The notes beneath the pieces were generated by a model. It searched no databases, had not been told where the DNA came from, and saw nothing but the letters and a program-made list of their open reading frames with translations. This document shows, piece after piece, positions 1-9,366 of a stretch of 64,000 nt of DNA (positions are counted from its first letter, which is position 1; every line of letters starts with the position of its first letter). A program made the position numbers and the translations under genes. Source of the DNA: Methanosarcinales archaeon (lineage in GTDB: Archaea; Halobacteriota; UBA148; JAUWXC01); the NCBI GenBank assembly GCA_026016205.1, contig CP061209.1, forward strand, positions 33,685 through 97,684, read 5' to 3'.

Positions 1-671
1 GACAATATTAATAGTTCATTTCTATCGTGCGTCTGCCTCGTTACATATCCGAGCATCATTCCTATCAATATGCCCAACACGATAGCTCCACCTATCTCCA
101 TCAAAGGCACGCTCATGACGGTGATGAAAGAAATCTGTTCGTGTCCACTGATAGACATCTTGGCAAATGCAGAGGCAAACCCATAGATGATGATGGCGAT
201 GGCGTCATCCAAGGCCACCACTGCAAATACCGTGGACGTAAGAGGTCCTGCAGTCTTATATTCTCTCAGAACGTCTACCGTGGCTGCAGGTGCGGTGGCG
301 CAGGCCAGTGCACCGAATATCAAGGCTATATATAATTTGCGCGTCAACAAAAGAACGGCTAATGTAACCAATGCGAATGCACCAAACGACTCCAAAAGGG
401 TAATACAACCGACGCTCTTCCCCAACTTTTTTAAGACATCTAAGGAGAGCTCCCCACCTATATCAAATCCGATTAATGCCAAGGCCAAATAATTGATTAT
501 ATTCAGTTTGTCCACTAAATCCGGCTGGAATACGCCGAGAACTGAAGTACCCAAAATGACGCCCATCAAAATATATCCAACCACCAGTGGGGATCCTAAT
601 TTTTTACCAGACTTCCCGCCGCCCAATCCAAGAAGTATTGCCAGTCCCAAAAGTAACAAGATATCTATCAT
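1..671 (-). CDS. Cation:proton antiporter (CPA2 / Kef-type Na+/H+ exchanger family), N-terminal part; the gene runs off the left edge of the window
   Basis: Absent from the ORF track because it stays open to position 1. My reverse-strand translation from the ATG (complement of 669-671) reads MIDILLLLGLAILLGLGGGKSGKKLGSPLVVGYILMGVILGTSVLGVFQPDLVDKLNIINYLALALIGFDIGGELSL... It shows successive hydrophobic helices and the 'P-x-VVGY-x-L-x-G-x-x-LG' pattern typical of CPA2 exchangers. The + strand ORFs at 27-807 are shadows of this gene. Confidence 0.6.
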   Translation of the reverse strand, partial: MIDILLLLGLAILLGLGGGKSGKKLGSPLVVGYILMGVILGTSVLGVFQPDLVDKLNIINYLALALIGFDIGGELSLDVLKKLGKSVGCITLLESFGAFALVTLAVLLLTRKLYIALIFGALACATAPAATVDVLREYKTAGPLTSTVFAVVALDDAIAIIIYGFASAFAKMSISGHEQISFITVMSVPLMEIGGAIVLGILIGMMLGYVTRQTHDRNELLIL

Positions 672-749
672 GTATGCGCCAACATGTATTGTCGAACAAG
701 TCTTAAAAACCTTTTTAAGGAATGGATGTAAACCAGTGGTTGAGATACT

Positions 750-1220
750 ATGGCTACAAAGTACCAGAAGTTCAAAATGCTCGATAAACAGCAGTATGCT
801 GAAGTAACTCGTTTTTTGAAGAAGCATACACATTTAACCGCGAGAGAGTGGGCGATTGCGCGCCTATGCGCAGATTTCAGGACTGCAACAAATCATGCCG
901 AGATGACCTGGATTGGCGCACATCTGCCAGAGCTCGTGCCGTTTATGAACGAGCCGTATTCGCGCCAGGCAGTTGCTGCAGCGCATGCAGCATTCAAGGA
1001 CAAAGTTCGCAGGTCTGGCACGACATTCTTCTATGCGTATTATTCCGGGTTGCTCTCCATGGAAGATGCCGTCGATATGATTCATCAGATTGCAGAAAAC
1101 ATAGGGCATCTTCTCAGCGCCGGGGAGGGAAAGGCGCCGAAAGGAGACGTAGATGCCGAGGTTCAACAAAAGGTTGCAGAGGTGCTGCGGCAGATTACCC
1201 ACAACCTTCAAAAAGATTGA
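750..1220 (+). CDS. Hypothetical protein (156 aa), helical, no recognisable motif
   Basis: Longest ORF in this interval. The overlapping ORFs (848-1240 +, 864-1211 -) have Arg/Cys-rich, low-complexity translations typical of off-frame reads. Confidence 0.4.
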   Translation: MATKYQKFKMLDKQQYAEVTRFLKKHTHLTAREWAIARLCADFRTATNHAEMTWIGAHLPELVPFMNEPYSRQAVAAAHAAFKDKVRRSGTTFFYAYYSGLLSMEDAVDMIHQIAENIGHLLSAGEGKAPKGDVDAEVQQKVAEVLRQITHNLQKD

Positions 1221-1221
1221 A

Positions 1222-1326
1222 CGGACGTGACGGGATTTGAACCCGCGACCTACAGCTTAGGAGGCACGCGGACAATTGAGGATGTCTCAAATGTTTGCCG
1301 CCCTATCCAAACTAGGCCACACGCCC
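1222..1326 (-). tRNA. tRNA-Arg(CCU) with a ~30-nt intron at a non-canonical position inside the anticodon stem (about 29/30)
   Basis: The reverse complement reads GGGCGTG-TG-GCCT-AGTTTGGATA-GGGC-G-GCA[AACATTTGAGACATCCTCAATTGTCCGCGT]GC-CTCCTAA-GCTGT-AGGTC-GCGGG-TTCAAAT-CCCGT-CACGTCC-G. Removing 1266-1295 gives a 75-nt cloverleaf. The acceptor stem is 7 bp with one G-U. The D-loop has GG. The anticodon stem GCAGC/GCTGT is 5 bp including one G-U pair. The anticodon loop is CU-CCU-AA and the T-loop is TTCAAAT. Confidence 0.6.
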
Positions 1327-1479
1327 GAAGACGTATTGTTTACGATTCCATCTTTAATGTATCGATTGGTGTAGGTGATAAATGATATGGTTGACAAATG
1401 ATGATGACATGATGATGTGTCAATAGGTATTTAAGCAACGAGTGATATTTTGATATTTAATAGATAGCGGGATGATGTA

Positions 1480-2262
1480 ATGGCTAAGAAGAGCGTGGCT
1501 AAGAAGGAAGCGCCCAGTATAAAAAAACAAGAACGAGTGCTTACTGGAATACCTGGATTTGATGAGTTGTGTCATGGAGGGCTTATCAGAAACAGGACCT
1601 ATCTGCTTTCTGGAACATCTGGCGCTGGCAAAAGCATCTTCGCGTTACAATATTTGTACAACGGGGCTATTAAATACAACGAACCGGGCATTTATGTTGC
1701 CACAGAGGAAAGGCCAGCAGAAATACGGCAGAATGCGCTTAACTTTGGATGGGATTTGAAGGCGTTAGAAGATGAAAATAAGCTGGCGCTAATCGATGCC
1801 TGTGCCGCCAAAATCGGCGTCCCCTCTAAGGAAAAGTACGTTGATGTCAGACCTCTTGACATGCGCTCTATGATGGACCAGCTTATCACGATACAGGAAA
1901 AAATTAATGCAAAAAGAGCGGTAGTAGACTCTTCTACATCGATTGGCTTTTACCTTATGCAGGATCTGGGCAAAATAAGGCTTGAACTGCTCAAACTGAG
2001 CACTACGCTGGAAATCTTGGGATTAACATCGTTACTAACCTGTGAGGTTATTGATGGCTCACAGATAAGCCGATTTGATGTGGAGAACTTCGTGACCGAG
2101 GGTACCATTGCAATATATTACAAGAGGAGTGAAAACGTGCGAACCAGGAGCATAGAGGTATACAAGATGAGGGGCACAGACCACAGCCATAAGATACATC
2201 CATTTGAAATTACTCCCAAGGGAATAGTAGTTCATCCCAAGGAAGAGGTCTTTGATTTTTAG
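1480..2262 (+). CDS. KaiC-like RecA-superfamily ATPase (single domain)
   Basis: N-terminal 'TGIPGFDELCHGGL' and an intact Walker A 'LLSGTSGAGKS'. The C-terminal 'IEVYKMRGTDHS...HPFEITPKGIVV' is typical of archaeal KaiC/RadA-like proteins. Confidence 0.85.
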   Translation: MAKKSVAKKEAPSIKKQERVLTGIPGFDELCHGGLIRNRTYLLSGTSGAGKSIFALQYLYNGAIKYNEPGIYVATEERPAEIRQNALNFGWDLKALEDENKLALIDACAAKIGVPSKEKYVDVRPLDMRSMMDQLITIQEKINAKRAVVDSSTSIGFYLMQDLGKIRLELLKLSTTLEILGLTSLLTCEVIDGSQISRFDVENFVTEGTIAIYYKRSENVRTRSIEVYKMRGTDHSHKIHPFEITPKGIVVHPKEEVFDF

Positions 2263-2393
2263 TCTACACCAGTTTCGTGCCCACAGTTCGGGCACTTGAA
2301 CACACGTCGCTTGGCGTTGCGTTTATAGATATCTATTAGCCTGCGCCTCCAAGGAAACATTCTTGCGCCGCATTTCGGGCATATTTTATCCAT
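2259..2393 (-). CDS. Small zinc-ribbon protein (44 aa), not in the ORF track
   Basis: My translation is MDKICPKCGARMFPWRRRLIDIYKRNAKRRVFKCPNCGHETGVD. It has two CPxCG knuckles (a four-Cys zinc ribbon) and sits between the kaiC-like gene and the PIN/KH ATPase gene. Confidence 0.5.
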   Translation of the reverse strand: MDKICPKCGARMFPWRRRLIDIYKRNAKRRVFKCPNCGHETGVD

Positions 2394-2405
2394 CTCGTTT
2401 GCCTC

Positions 2406-3992
2406 TCATGGGCGGTGGCGCACATCAATGCCAATACCTAAGGTGCGCTCAATACTGCCAATTCTCTTGCCGCCCTTGCCCAAGACCTTTGGTATGTCGC
2501 GCTGATCGAGGTAGACTACTGCCTTTGAGTCTGACATCATCTCCACGTCTACAGGTCCGCGCACATGCCTGCTAATCTCCTTCTGGACCTCTTTTTCTGC
2601 CAGTTTCCATACGCTTCGCTTAAGCGCACGTATTGGCTTCCCCGCCTCGCTAACTGGCATGACCACGACCTGCTCGCCGTATGTGTAAACTTCATATTCG
2701 GGCTGCCCGGTTTCAAAGTTAATCACATCTATAACCGGGCGCGACAGGTCCTGCTCAATCATCCCAGATGGAACCTTCACAGTGAATTTTATGTTGTACA
2801 CAAGGGAAACTTCGCCCTTGTCGATGAACACGATGGTATCGACCACCTGCGGTATCACCCCTAACTCTATCCTGCCTATCAATCGCTGCAGGGCATCTAT
2901 CGCCCTGTTGGCATGCACCACCCCAACCATTCCAACGCCTGCCAATCTCATGTCTGCAAATACCTGGAAGTCAGAGGTCTTGCGCAGTTCATCATATATT
3001 GTGTAATCAGGTCTAACCAGGAGGAGGATGTTGGCCGTACTCGCCATACTGCCTCCCAGGGGAGAATACTGCGTGATGGCATCCGATACCTGTAAATCTC
3101 TGGGTGACTCCATGGTTTTTACCACGTACCCCTCCTTTTGCAAAAATTCTGCTACGCTGGCGGCAAAAGTGGACTTTCCTGCACCAGGAGAGCCTGCGAT
3201 GAGAACTCCCCTCTGCTTCTCACTCAGTCTTGCTTTCAGCTCTTCACTGAGTTTGTAGCTGTCCAGACTTACCTTTGCAATGGGGCGTACTGCTGTGATT
3301 TCGATTCCGTCTGAAAATGGCGGGCGTGCTATCGCAATTCTCATGAGGCCAAGTTGAACTACGGTCGCACCTTTTCTGTCGAATTCTATGAAGCCTTCCG
3401 GATCCCGTTTTGCCCTCTCTGTGATCTCGTGCGCCATATCGTGCAATTCTTTTTCCGTACAGTGTTTTTTTCTTATCTTCATCAACTGCATTTTGCCGAC
3501 AGTACCCCTCTTCGCCATAGGGGGTACCTTTTCCTTCAGATGCACGGACATCGTATCCTTGGTGAAGTAGGAGTCAATGCTTAGCGATTTCAACTCCTCT
3601 ATTTCTGGGTAAAGATAGATAACCTCCAATCCCTTTGCCCTTGCAACCTCTGACTGAACAATATCGCTGGTTACAAATACTGCATCCTGCTGAATCGCTA
3701 CAGATCTGATTATGGAATCGATTTCGCCACCGGAGGCCAATTTAATCTGCTCAAGCGTAGGGCGCTTGCCTACATACTTTAATGAAATCTTCTTATCCTT
3801 CGCCATCTCGTTCAGTTTTTTAAGCTCTTTCAGGCCATTAAAGCCAATTTCGCGTCCCTGATTTGCCTGCGCCTCCAGTTCGGATATGACGGCCTCCGGA
3901 ATGATAATTTCAGCGCATTCAAACTCGCCGCTCTTGACCTTTGCGGTAATCCTGCCATCTATTATGACGCTTGTATCAGGGACGAGTTTCAT
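2406..3992 (-). CDS. PIN-domain / PilT-type ATPase / KH-domain protein (COG1855-type)
   Basis: The likely start is at [15 protein letters not shown] (PIN N-terminus). Walker A is '[11 protein letters not shown]'. The C-terminal KH-like motif is '[17 protein letters not shown]'. The upstream extension to 4043 would overlap hisI by 68 nt. Confidence 0.8.
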   Translation of the reverse strand: MKLVPDTSVIIDGRITAKVKSGEFECAEIIIPEAVISELEAQANQGREIGFNGLKELKKLNEMAKDKKISLKYVGKRPTLEQIKLASGGEIDSIIRSVAIQQDAVFVTSDIVQSEVARAKGLEVIYLYPEIEELKSLSIDSYFTKDTMSVHLKEKVPPMAKRGTVGKMQLMKIRKKHCTEKELHDMAHEITERAKRDPEGFIEFDRKGATVVQLGLMRIAIARPPFSDGIEITAVRPIAKVSLDSYKLSEELKARLSEKQRGVLIAGSPGAGKSTFAASVAEFLQKEGYVVKTMESPRDLQVSDAITQYSPLGGSMASTANILLLVRPDYTIYDELRKTSDFQVFADMRLAGVGMVGVVHANRAIDALQRLIGRIELGVIPQVVDTIVFIDKGEVSLVYNIKFTVKVPSGMIEQDLSRPVIDVINFETGQPEYEVYTYGEQVVVMPVSEAGKPIRALKRSVWKLAEKEVQKEISRHVRGPVDVEMMSDSKAVVYLDQRDIPKVLGKGGKRIGSIERTLGIGIDVRHRP

Positions 3993-4350
3993 GCCCATAC
4001 ACCTTTTCTGGATTAAACACCTTTTCGGCGAGAATTTTTCCATTCATATCTCTATAGAAGCACGATCTGTATCCCATATGGCACGCGCCCCTGATTTGCT
4101 CCACTTTCAAGAGAACAGCATCAGCATCACAATCAACGAGAATCTCGTGTACAATCTGCTCGTTGCCGGAGACCTCACCCTTCTTCCAGATGCGCTCTTT
4201 GCTCCTGCTCCAGTAGTGTGCCCTCTTGGTCTCAAGGGTTTTTTTGAGGGCGCCTAAATTCATGTGAGCGAGCATTAATACCTCTCCGGTTCTATAATCC
4301 TGTGCGATAGCATGAATCAAGCCATCTTTAAATTTCAACTCTCGTAGCAT
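3976..4350 (-). CDS. hisI: Phosphoribosyl-AMP cyclohydrolase
   Basis: 124 aa. '[22 protein letters not shown]', '[20 protein letters not shown]' and '[26 protein letters not shown]' match the conserved HisI pattern, including the Cys/His metal ligands. Confidence 0.85.
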   Translation of the reverse strand: MLRELKFKDGLIHAIAQDYRTGEVLMLAHMNLGALKKTLETKRAHYWSRSKERIWKKGEVSGNEQIVHEILVDCDADAVLLKVEQIRGACHMGYRSCFYRDMNGKILAEKVFNPEKVYGHETRP

Positions 4351-4410
4351 AGAATCCCTTATTTCTATATACTATAATTGCATTAAAACATTTGTAAGGT
4401 TTTGATAACA

Positions 4411-5172
4411 ATGGAAGCCAATCAGAAAACCAAGGAAAAACTGGTCACGACTGGCATAAAGGGTTTGGATGCCCAGCTGGGCGGCGGTATGTTGCCTGGG
4501 ACGACGTTATTATTAGTGGGCGAACCCGGAGTCGGCTCTGAGGTATTTGCACATCAGTTCGTCTCCGGCGGTCTGGAGGGCGACGAGCGTGTCTTCTACT
4601 TTTCGACAGACCACCCCATCAACGAGCTCAGGGACAACATGCATAGATTGGGAATCGAGGCCGATAAGTACGAGAAAAAAGAAAAACTGCTCTTCATCGA
4701 TGCATACACGCCCAGGTTTATCAGCATATTGCCGCCAGAGTTACGCAAGGAAGTATCTGACAAGGAACTTCTGCAGAAAGGCGTCGACTCACTCAACCAG
4801 CTCAAAATGGCGATAGAGGCAGATTACGGAAAAAACTACAGGGGCGTGATTGACTCGCTCTCATTCTTCTTGAGGAATTATAGTGTAAAAGACATCAGCG
4901 ATACAATCGAGGTCACGTCCTCCATTGGGAAGATGGCTGGCGGCTCGCATCTGCTCTTGATGGCCAAGGGCATGCATGATGAGACAACGGAAAATGCCAT
5001 GAAGCACCTGGCAGATGGGGTTATCGAGCTTTTTTTCAAGGAAAGGGGCAATGAATTAGAGCGAATGCTTGTCGTTAGGAAGATGAGGGGCATGTTAACT
5101 CCAAACAAGATGATGCCCTTCACCATTGGTCCGAAAGGGATTGATTTGGAAGTGATAACCAGGGTTCTGTAG
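4411..5172 (+). CDS. KaiC-like protein with a degenerate Walker A (probably a non-catalytic paralogue)
   Basis: It has the 'TGIKGLDAQLGGGMLPG' N-terminus and a 'VVRKMRG...PFTIGPKGI' C-terminus, as in KaiC-like proteins. The P-loop position reads 'LLVGEPGVGSE', with no Lys-Ser/Thr. The ATG at 4411 is preferred over the TTG at 4402. Confidence 0.75.
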   Translation: MEANQKTKEKLVTTGIKGLDAQLGGGMLPGTTLLLVGEPGVGSEVFAHQFVSGGLEGDERVFYFSTDHPINELRDNMHRLGIEADKYEKKEKLLFIDAYTPRFISILPPELRKEVSDKELLQKGVDSLNQLKMAIEADYGKNYRGVIDSLSFFLRNYSVKDISDTIEVTSSIGKMAGGSHLLLMAKGMHDETTENAMKHLADGVIELFFKERGNELERMLVVRKMRGMLTPNKMMPFTIGPKGIDLEVITRVL

Positions 5173-5174
5173 TT

Positions 5175-6074
5175 TTAGCGTTTCTTGATTTCCCGCATCA
5201 TTTCTTTGTGGAATAGTGCGAGCATGTCACATAGAAGGCCAAAGATGAACATCTGAACGCCGGTTATGACCAGCAGTGTGGAGAGAATTGTCAGCGGAAT
5301 GTGCTCTATTCCTTTGAACCAGTCCAGTATGACGTAGATTCCAATAATAGCGCCCAGTATCGTGAAAGCGACTCCAAGCAGACCGAAGTACAGCAGGGGG
5401 TTATGCGTCTTGGTGAGCTGATACATGGTGTGACCAATCTTTAAACCATCTCTAATTGGATTAAGCTTTGTGGCAGCTCTCTTATGCCTTGGTAAATATG
5501 TGACCGGCACTTCTACGATTTCTTGGTCTCTTTTTATGCCCTCTATGGTGATCTCCGCATCGGTCTCAAACCCGGTCTTGTTCAGCTCTAATTCTTTGAT
5601 GGACTTTCTGCTGAAAGCCCTGTATCCTGATAAAACATCCGTAATCCAGGCACCGTACGCAAGACCAAATGCCTTGCCCAGGATTTTATTGCCGAACCGA
5701 TTCAACGTAGTAAATGCCCCTCTCTGGGGCGATGCAAACCTGTTGCCGATGACGTGGTCGGCGTTGCTTTTTTCTATTGGCTCCAGCAACCTGTTGACCT
5801 CTTCTGGGAGATACGTCCCGTCGCCGTCTATCATCACGATGACGTCTTTGTCAATCATGTTAAAGGCCTGCTGAAGCGCCTGACCTTTGCCTTTTCCATC
5901 TTGGATAATAACCCTTGCGCCTGCACCCTCTGCTATTTTGACCGTATCATCCGTGCTATGCCCGTCGATGACCAGGATGTCAGAAAATCCCATGGACTTG
6001 AATTTGTGGACTATGTCACCTATGGTGGGCGCCTCGTTCAACGTTGGAATTAAAATGCAGACGTTATCTTTCAT
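5175..6074 (-). CDS. GT2 glycosyltransferase, dolichyl-phosphate hexose synthase-like (Dpm1/AglD-type) with C-terminal TM helices
   Basis: 'VCILIPTLNEAPTIGDIV', 'VIDGHSTDDT' and 'MIDGDGTY' (DxD) are present. The C-terminal hydrophobic segments are 'LLYFGLLGVAFTILGAIIGIYVIL' and 'LLVITGVQMFIFGLL'. Confidence 0.8.
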   Translation of the reverse strand: MKDNVCILIPTLNEAPTIGDIVHKFKSMGFSDILVIDGHSTDDTVKIAEGAGARVIIQDGKGKGQALQQAFNMIDKDVIVMIDGDGTYLPEEVNRLLEPIEKSNADHVIGNRFASPQRGAFTTLNRFGNKILGKAFGLAYGAWITDVLSGYRAFSRKSIKELELNKTGFETDAEITIEGIKRDQEIVEVPVTYLPRHKRAATKLNPIRDGLKIGHTMYQLTKTHNPLLYFGLLGVAFTILGAIIGIYVILDWFKGIEHIPLTILSTLLVITGVQMFIFGLLCDMLALFHKEMMREIKKR

Positions 6075-6162
6075 TTGATGTCACCTAAAATCTTTCTTTT
6101 CACAAGATCGTCTCCTTAATTTTCTCTACACTACTGTTTCTTCTCAACAATTCGACAAGTCA

Positions 6163-6360
6163 TTAAAACTTCACGTCCTTTAATCTATGTTTTCTGGTCT
6201 CAATCATCACCTCTTCAATGTTGTCTGCCAGTTCCTCGTCGGGCTCAATTGACCTAACATATCTTAGAAGATCCTTTTTTGCCGCCATGTGCATCACATT
6301 GTATGTGTGTATATAGTATTTTTGTCTTATACCTTTTCCACCATACTGCCATTCATTCAA
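6163..6360 (-). CDS. Small hypothetical protein (65 aa, or 43 aa from an internal Met)
   Basis: ORF only, with no motif recognised. It lies in an otherwise non-coding 400-bp gap. Confidence 0.25.
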   Translation of the reverse strand: MNEWQYGGKGIRQKYYIHTYNVMHMAAKKDLLRYVRSIEPDEELADNIEEVMIETRKHRLKDVKF

Positions 6361-6475
6361 CGCTTTCTTGAGAGATATTTTTCAATGATCTTAAGGATTT
6401 CATCTTTTTGCTTTGGATTAATGAGAGACTTCTAAGCTATATTTATATAAACATACTCTTCCTTGTTGAGTATGT

Positions 6476-6820
6476 ATGAGCGATAAAACATTATTCTTAA
6501 AATTTTTTGGAACTGAAACCCCTATATTAAAGATCATAGATTTCCTGGTAGACAATGAGGCATTCGATCACTCGAAAACAGACATAGCAAAGGGTGCGGG
6601 TATTAGCAGAGCAACTCTTTTCAACATATGGGGCATCTTAGAGAGAAATCACATCGTGACCAAGACCAGAGAGATTGGGAGAGCCGAGATGTATAAATTA
6701 AACACGTCAAATCCAATCATAAAGAAGCTGATGGATTTGGATGATGCAATATCCAACTACTATGCAGAGCAATCACTCATGAGTAAAAGGATCATGCCAA
6801 TAAAAGTACCGCAGATGTAA
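6476..6820 (+). CDS. Winged-helix DNA-binding transcriptional regulator
   Basis: 'ILKIIDFLVDNEAFDHSKTDIAKGAGISRATLFNIWGILERNHIVTKTREIGRAEMYKLN' is a typical archaeal wHTH (helix-turn-helix plus beta wing). Confidence 0.6.
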   Translation: MSDKTLFLKFFGTETPILKIIDFLVDNEAFDHSKTDIAKGAGISRATLFNIWGILERNHIVTKTREIGRAEMYKLNTSNPIIKKLMDLDDAISNYYAEQSLMSKRIMPIKVPQM

Positions 6821-6902
6821 TCATAACTGTGTTATATTTGTCCCACATTTTCTGGACATAAATCAAATTCCCACTTATCACATCATCTTCCATGACCTTG
6901 CG

Positions 6903-9302
6903 TTAGGGAACGTACTCGAATATCTTCACATATCTGATTTCTCTGCCCTCTATCGTGCCAACTGTCGTGGGCGACTCGTAAACAAGTCGATAATGCTCTA
7001 AAGGCTCGATTTGATCTCCATATGGTGATGTGTAATTCTCTCCGTTAAAGAAGTGAAGTCTTACGATCATGGTTTTATAGTACTCAGGTCCCCAGCCCGC
7101 GCTCCCATCTGGTAGGACAACCTGATATTTCGCCCAGTATTTGTTGACGTCCCCTCCCGCTGCAAACGTACCCATCGCCCAGAACTTGCCGGTTGCCATC
7201 TCGATGTCTATGACGACGTATTTAGTGCCAAGTTCATCGAGTATCCAGTTGGCAGTGGACTCGTCCGTGGCTGTGAAGAACATGCATGCGCCCGGGACGA
7301 TCGTATCATTCGGTCCAGGACCGCCTATTCCAGACTGGAATGGATTGGCATTCGGTATCCTATGCGCGATGCGCGTGATCCAGTGGCCATAGTCCCACCA
7401 GCTCATCACGCCGTAAGCGGAATCAGGATATTGATATGCCTCTCCAGGTGCTGGTGCTTCGTACAATGCATAATAATCGAGACCTGGGTCAGGTGTATTA
7501 TATCTCATCCAGTCCAACGAATTATACCAGTCCATGTTGGGTCCGCCAGTCCACTTCGCTGCACCTGGACCAGACCCCATCGTTATGGCTGCATTCGGAT
7601 AGACGAGTAACAATATAACCAGTACTACAGCAAGTACATGACCGAGTTTGACATATCTGGAAACGAAATAACCAACATCACTCGCATCCGTTACCCTTCT
7701 CTTGAAGTTCTCGTGCAATTTACCTAGTCCCCCCCACTCTAACATTTTAACGCCGAAATAACCAGAAAGAATCGCGACATTCACCACAAAATAATACGCA
7801 AATCTGTTTTGACCAATGGTGGCGAAGAGCATGATAGCACTCCACACTACAAGCAGCATGTCCTCAGGTCTCCATTCTTTGATGACCCTATATCCGACCA
7901 TCAAAAGGGCGATAACTGCAACATAAAAGCATGTCGTGAAGTTATACCATACAGTCTCCAGGGTGAACTGCCCGCCTTTGTAGAAGATCGATGAAACCTC
8001 TGCGATGGTCAGTGCGCCGCCGGTCGGGCGGAAGACGTTGAATGAATTTAACATTGTGTTAAGTAGGGTGGGAGCAACCAATCCTATAGCAGCTAAGCCC
8101 AGCGTACCAACTCCGATCAATGTTAACGGATAATATATTCGCTCGAGATTTCTGCGGTTCGCCTCCTTTGAGATACCACTTAATACCAAAAATGCCAAGA
8201 TTCCCAATGTAAATACTGATACATGCAGCCATGAATACCGGAACGTTGCAAAACCAAAACGTGACTCAACACATGGCAAGATCATAATTAATGGCATCAC
8301 GAATGTGATTGCGCCCACAACACACAGATAATCAAGAGATTTGCCTCTCATATGGTCTACAATGCATTGTAGTGCCACGTACACAGCGATCACAAAGGCA
8401 AATAATAAGGCGCCGACCCAGCACAGCAGATAACACCCAAGCATGAATCCAGCCAACGTTGAATAGATTACTGGGGACTTCAGAACCTTCCAATTCTTCT
8501 TCAAAAGATGCTCAAATGTTAGCTCCTGCTTGCCCGCTCTTTTAATTGCAATTATAAAGAACATGATCGTTAGCGTGCTGAAAAGCGTTTCAGCTACATG
8601 GTGATCTGTGAACCCTAATACTGAACGAGATAGGAACTGTCCTGGCATAATAGCCACCAAGAGAGCGGAGAATATGCCAACTCGTTTATCGAATATCTCT
8701 CTTCCGATGACGTATACTGGGATGACGACCAATGTCCCCAGGGCGGCTGGGAAGTATGCGCCCACCACTTCTATCGTATGCTGGCTGGGCGAGCCAAATC
8801 CGACGAGCAGTGCCAAAAATGCGACGGTCTGATCGAACAACGGTCCAAAATGAAGACTGTTACCAACAGGGAAGTTTGTGAAGGGATCGAACATAATCCT
8901 ATGCGGGAAATTGTGAATCGTATTCTCTACCAGACGCATGTGGTACCAGGGATCATTGCCACCAAACCTTACAATATCGCCGATAAAGACGCTGCCCTGC
9001 GGTAAAATTGCCCTGATGTAAAAAGCGAGCGCTAAAATGAGGATTAGCAGGATGTTGTAAATCGATACTTTTTCGAAAAAGGATGGCTGCTCGAGTTTCC
9101 TGATTTTTGTTTCGTATTCTGCCTTCAATTGTCCATATATTACCTTGGTGGCCCTACCTTGTTTGTATTCTCTTTCCAACTTGTCTATCGATGCCCTTAT
9201 CTTGGCGATTTTTATGTCCTTGCCTGACAATTCTGGCGTTGCTGCCTTCGGTTGCTTTGGTCTATGTTGTGCCTTGAACTTCTTTTTCCTCTTCCTTCCC
9301 AC
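6903..9302 (-). CDS. aglB: Archaeal oligosaccharyltransferase AglB (STT3 family)
   Basis: 799 aa with many TM helices and the catalytic 'WWDYGHW' motif (in MSWWDYGHWITRIAHR). The C-terminal domain is soluble. An unusual ~75-aa basic N-terminal extension is present. Confidence 0.9.
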   Translation of the reverse strand: MGRKRKKKFKAQHRPKQPKAATPELSGKDIKIAKIRASIDKLEREYKQGRATKVIYGQLKAEYETKIRKLEQPSFFEKVSIYNILLILILALAFYIRAILPQGSVFIGDIVRFGGNDPWYHMRLVENTIHNFPHRIMFDPFTNFPVGNSLHFGPLFDQTVAFLALLVGFGSPSQHTIEVVGAYFPAALGTLVVIPVYVIGREIFDKRVGIFSALLVAIMPGQFLSRSVLGFTDHHVAETLFSTLTIMFFIIAIKRAGKQELTFEHLLKKNWKVLKSPVIYSTLAGFMLGCYLLCWVGALLFAFVIAVYVALQCIVDHMRGKSLDYLCVVGAITFVMPLIMILPCVESRFGFATFRYSWLHVSVFTLGILAFLVLSGISKEANRRNLERIYYPLTLIGVGTLGLAAIGLVAPTLLNTMLNSFNVFRPTGGALTIAEVSSIFYKGGQFTLETVWYNFTTCFYVAVIALLMVGYRVIKEWRPEDMLLVVWSAIMLFATIGQNRFAYYFVVNVAILSGYFGVKMLEWGGLGKLHENFKRRVTDASDVGYFVSRYVKLGHVLAVVLVILLLVYPNAAITMGSGPGAAKWTGGPNMDWYNSLDWMRYNTPDPGLDYYALYEAPAPGEAYQYPDSAYGVMSWWDYGHWITRIAHRIPNANPFQSGIGGPGPNDTIVPGACMFFTATDESTANWILDELGTKYVVIDIEMATGKFWAMGTFAAGGDVNKYWAKYQVVLPDGSAGWGPEYYKTMIVRLHFFNGENYTSPYGDQIEPLEHYRLVYESPTTVGTIEGREIRYVKIFEYVP

Positions 9303-9366
9303 TGGACATCCCTTCTCCTTTAAGCATTAAACACTGTATCACACAACATAAATCTTTTTGAAGATG

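Noticed and set aside
27-807. Three + strand ORFs (27-335, 187-492, 493-807) in the ORF track
   Set aside because: Their translations are compositionally odd (His/Arg/Cys-rich or Pro/Ser-rich). The - strand reads as a clean multi-helix CPA2 antiporter that is open to the window edge, so these are shadow ORFs.
1399-1431. Possible C/D-box sRNA or operator: TTGACA-AATGATGATGACATGATGATG-TGTCAA upstream of the first kaiC-like gene
   Set aside because: It contains two UGAUGA (C-box-like) strings, but there is no CUGA D box on either strand at a suitable spacing. The 6-bp inverted repeat alone is too weak to call a regulatory site.
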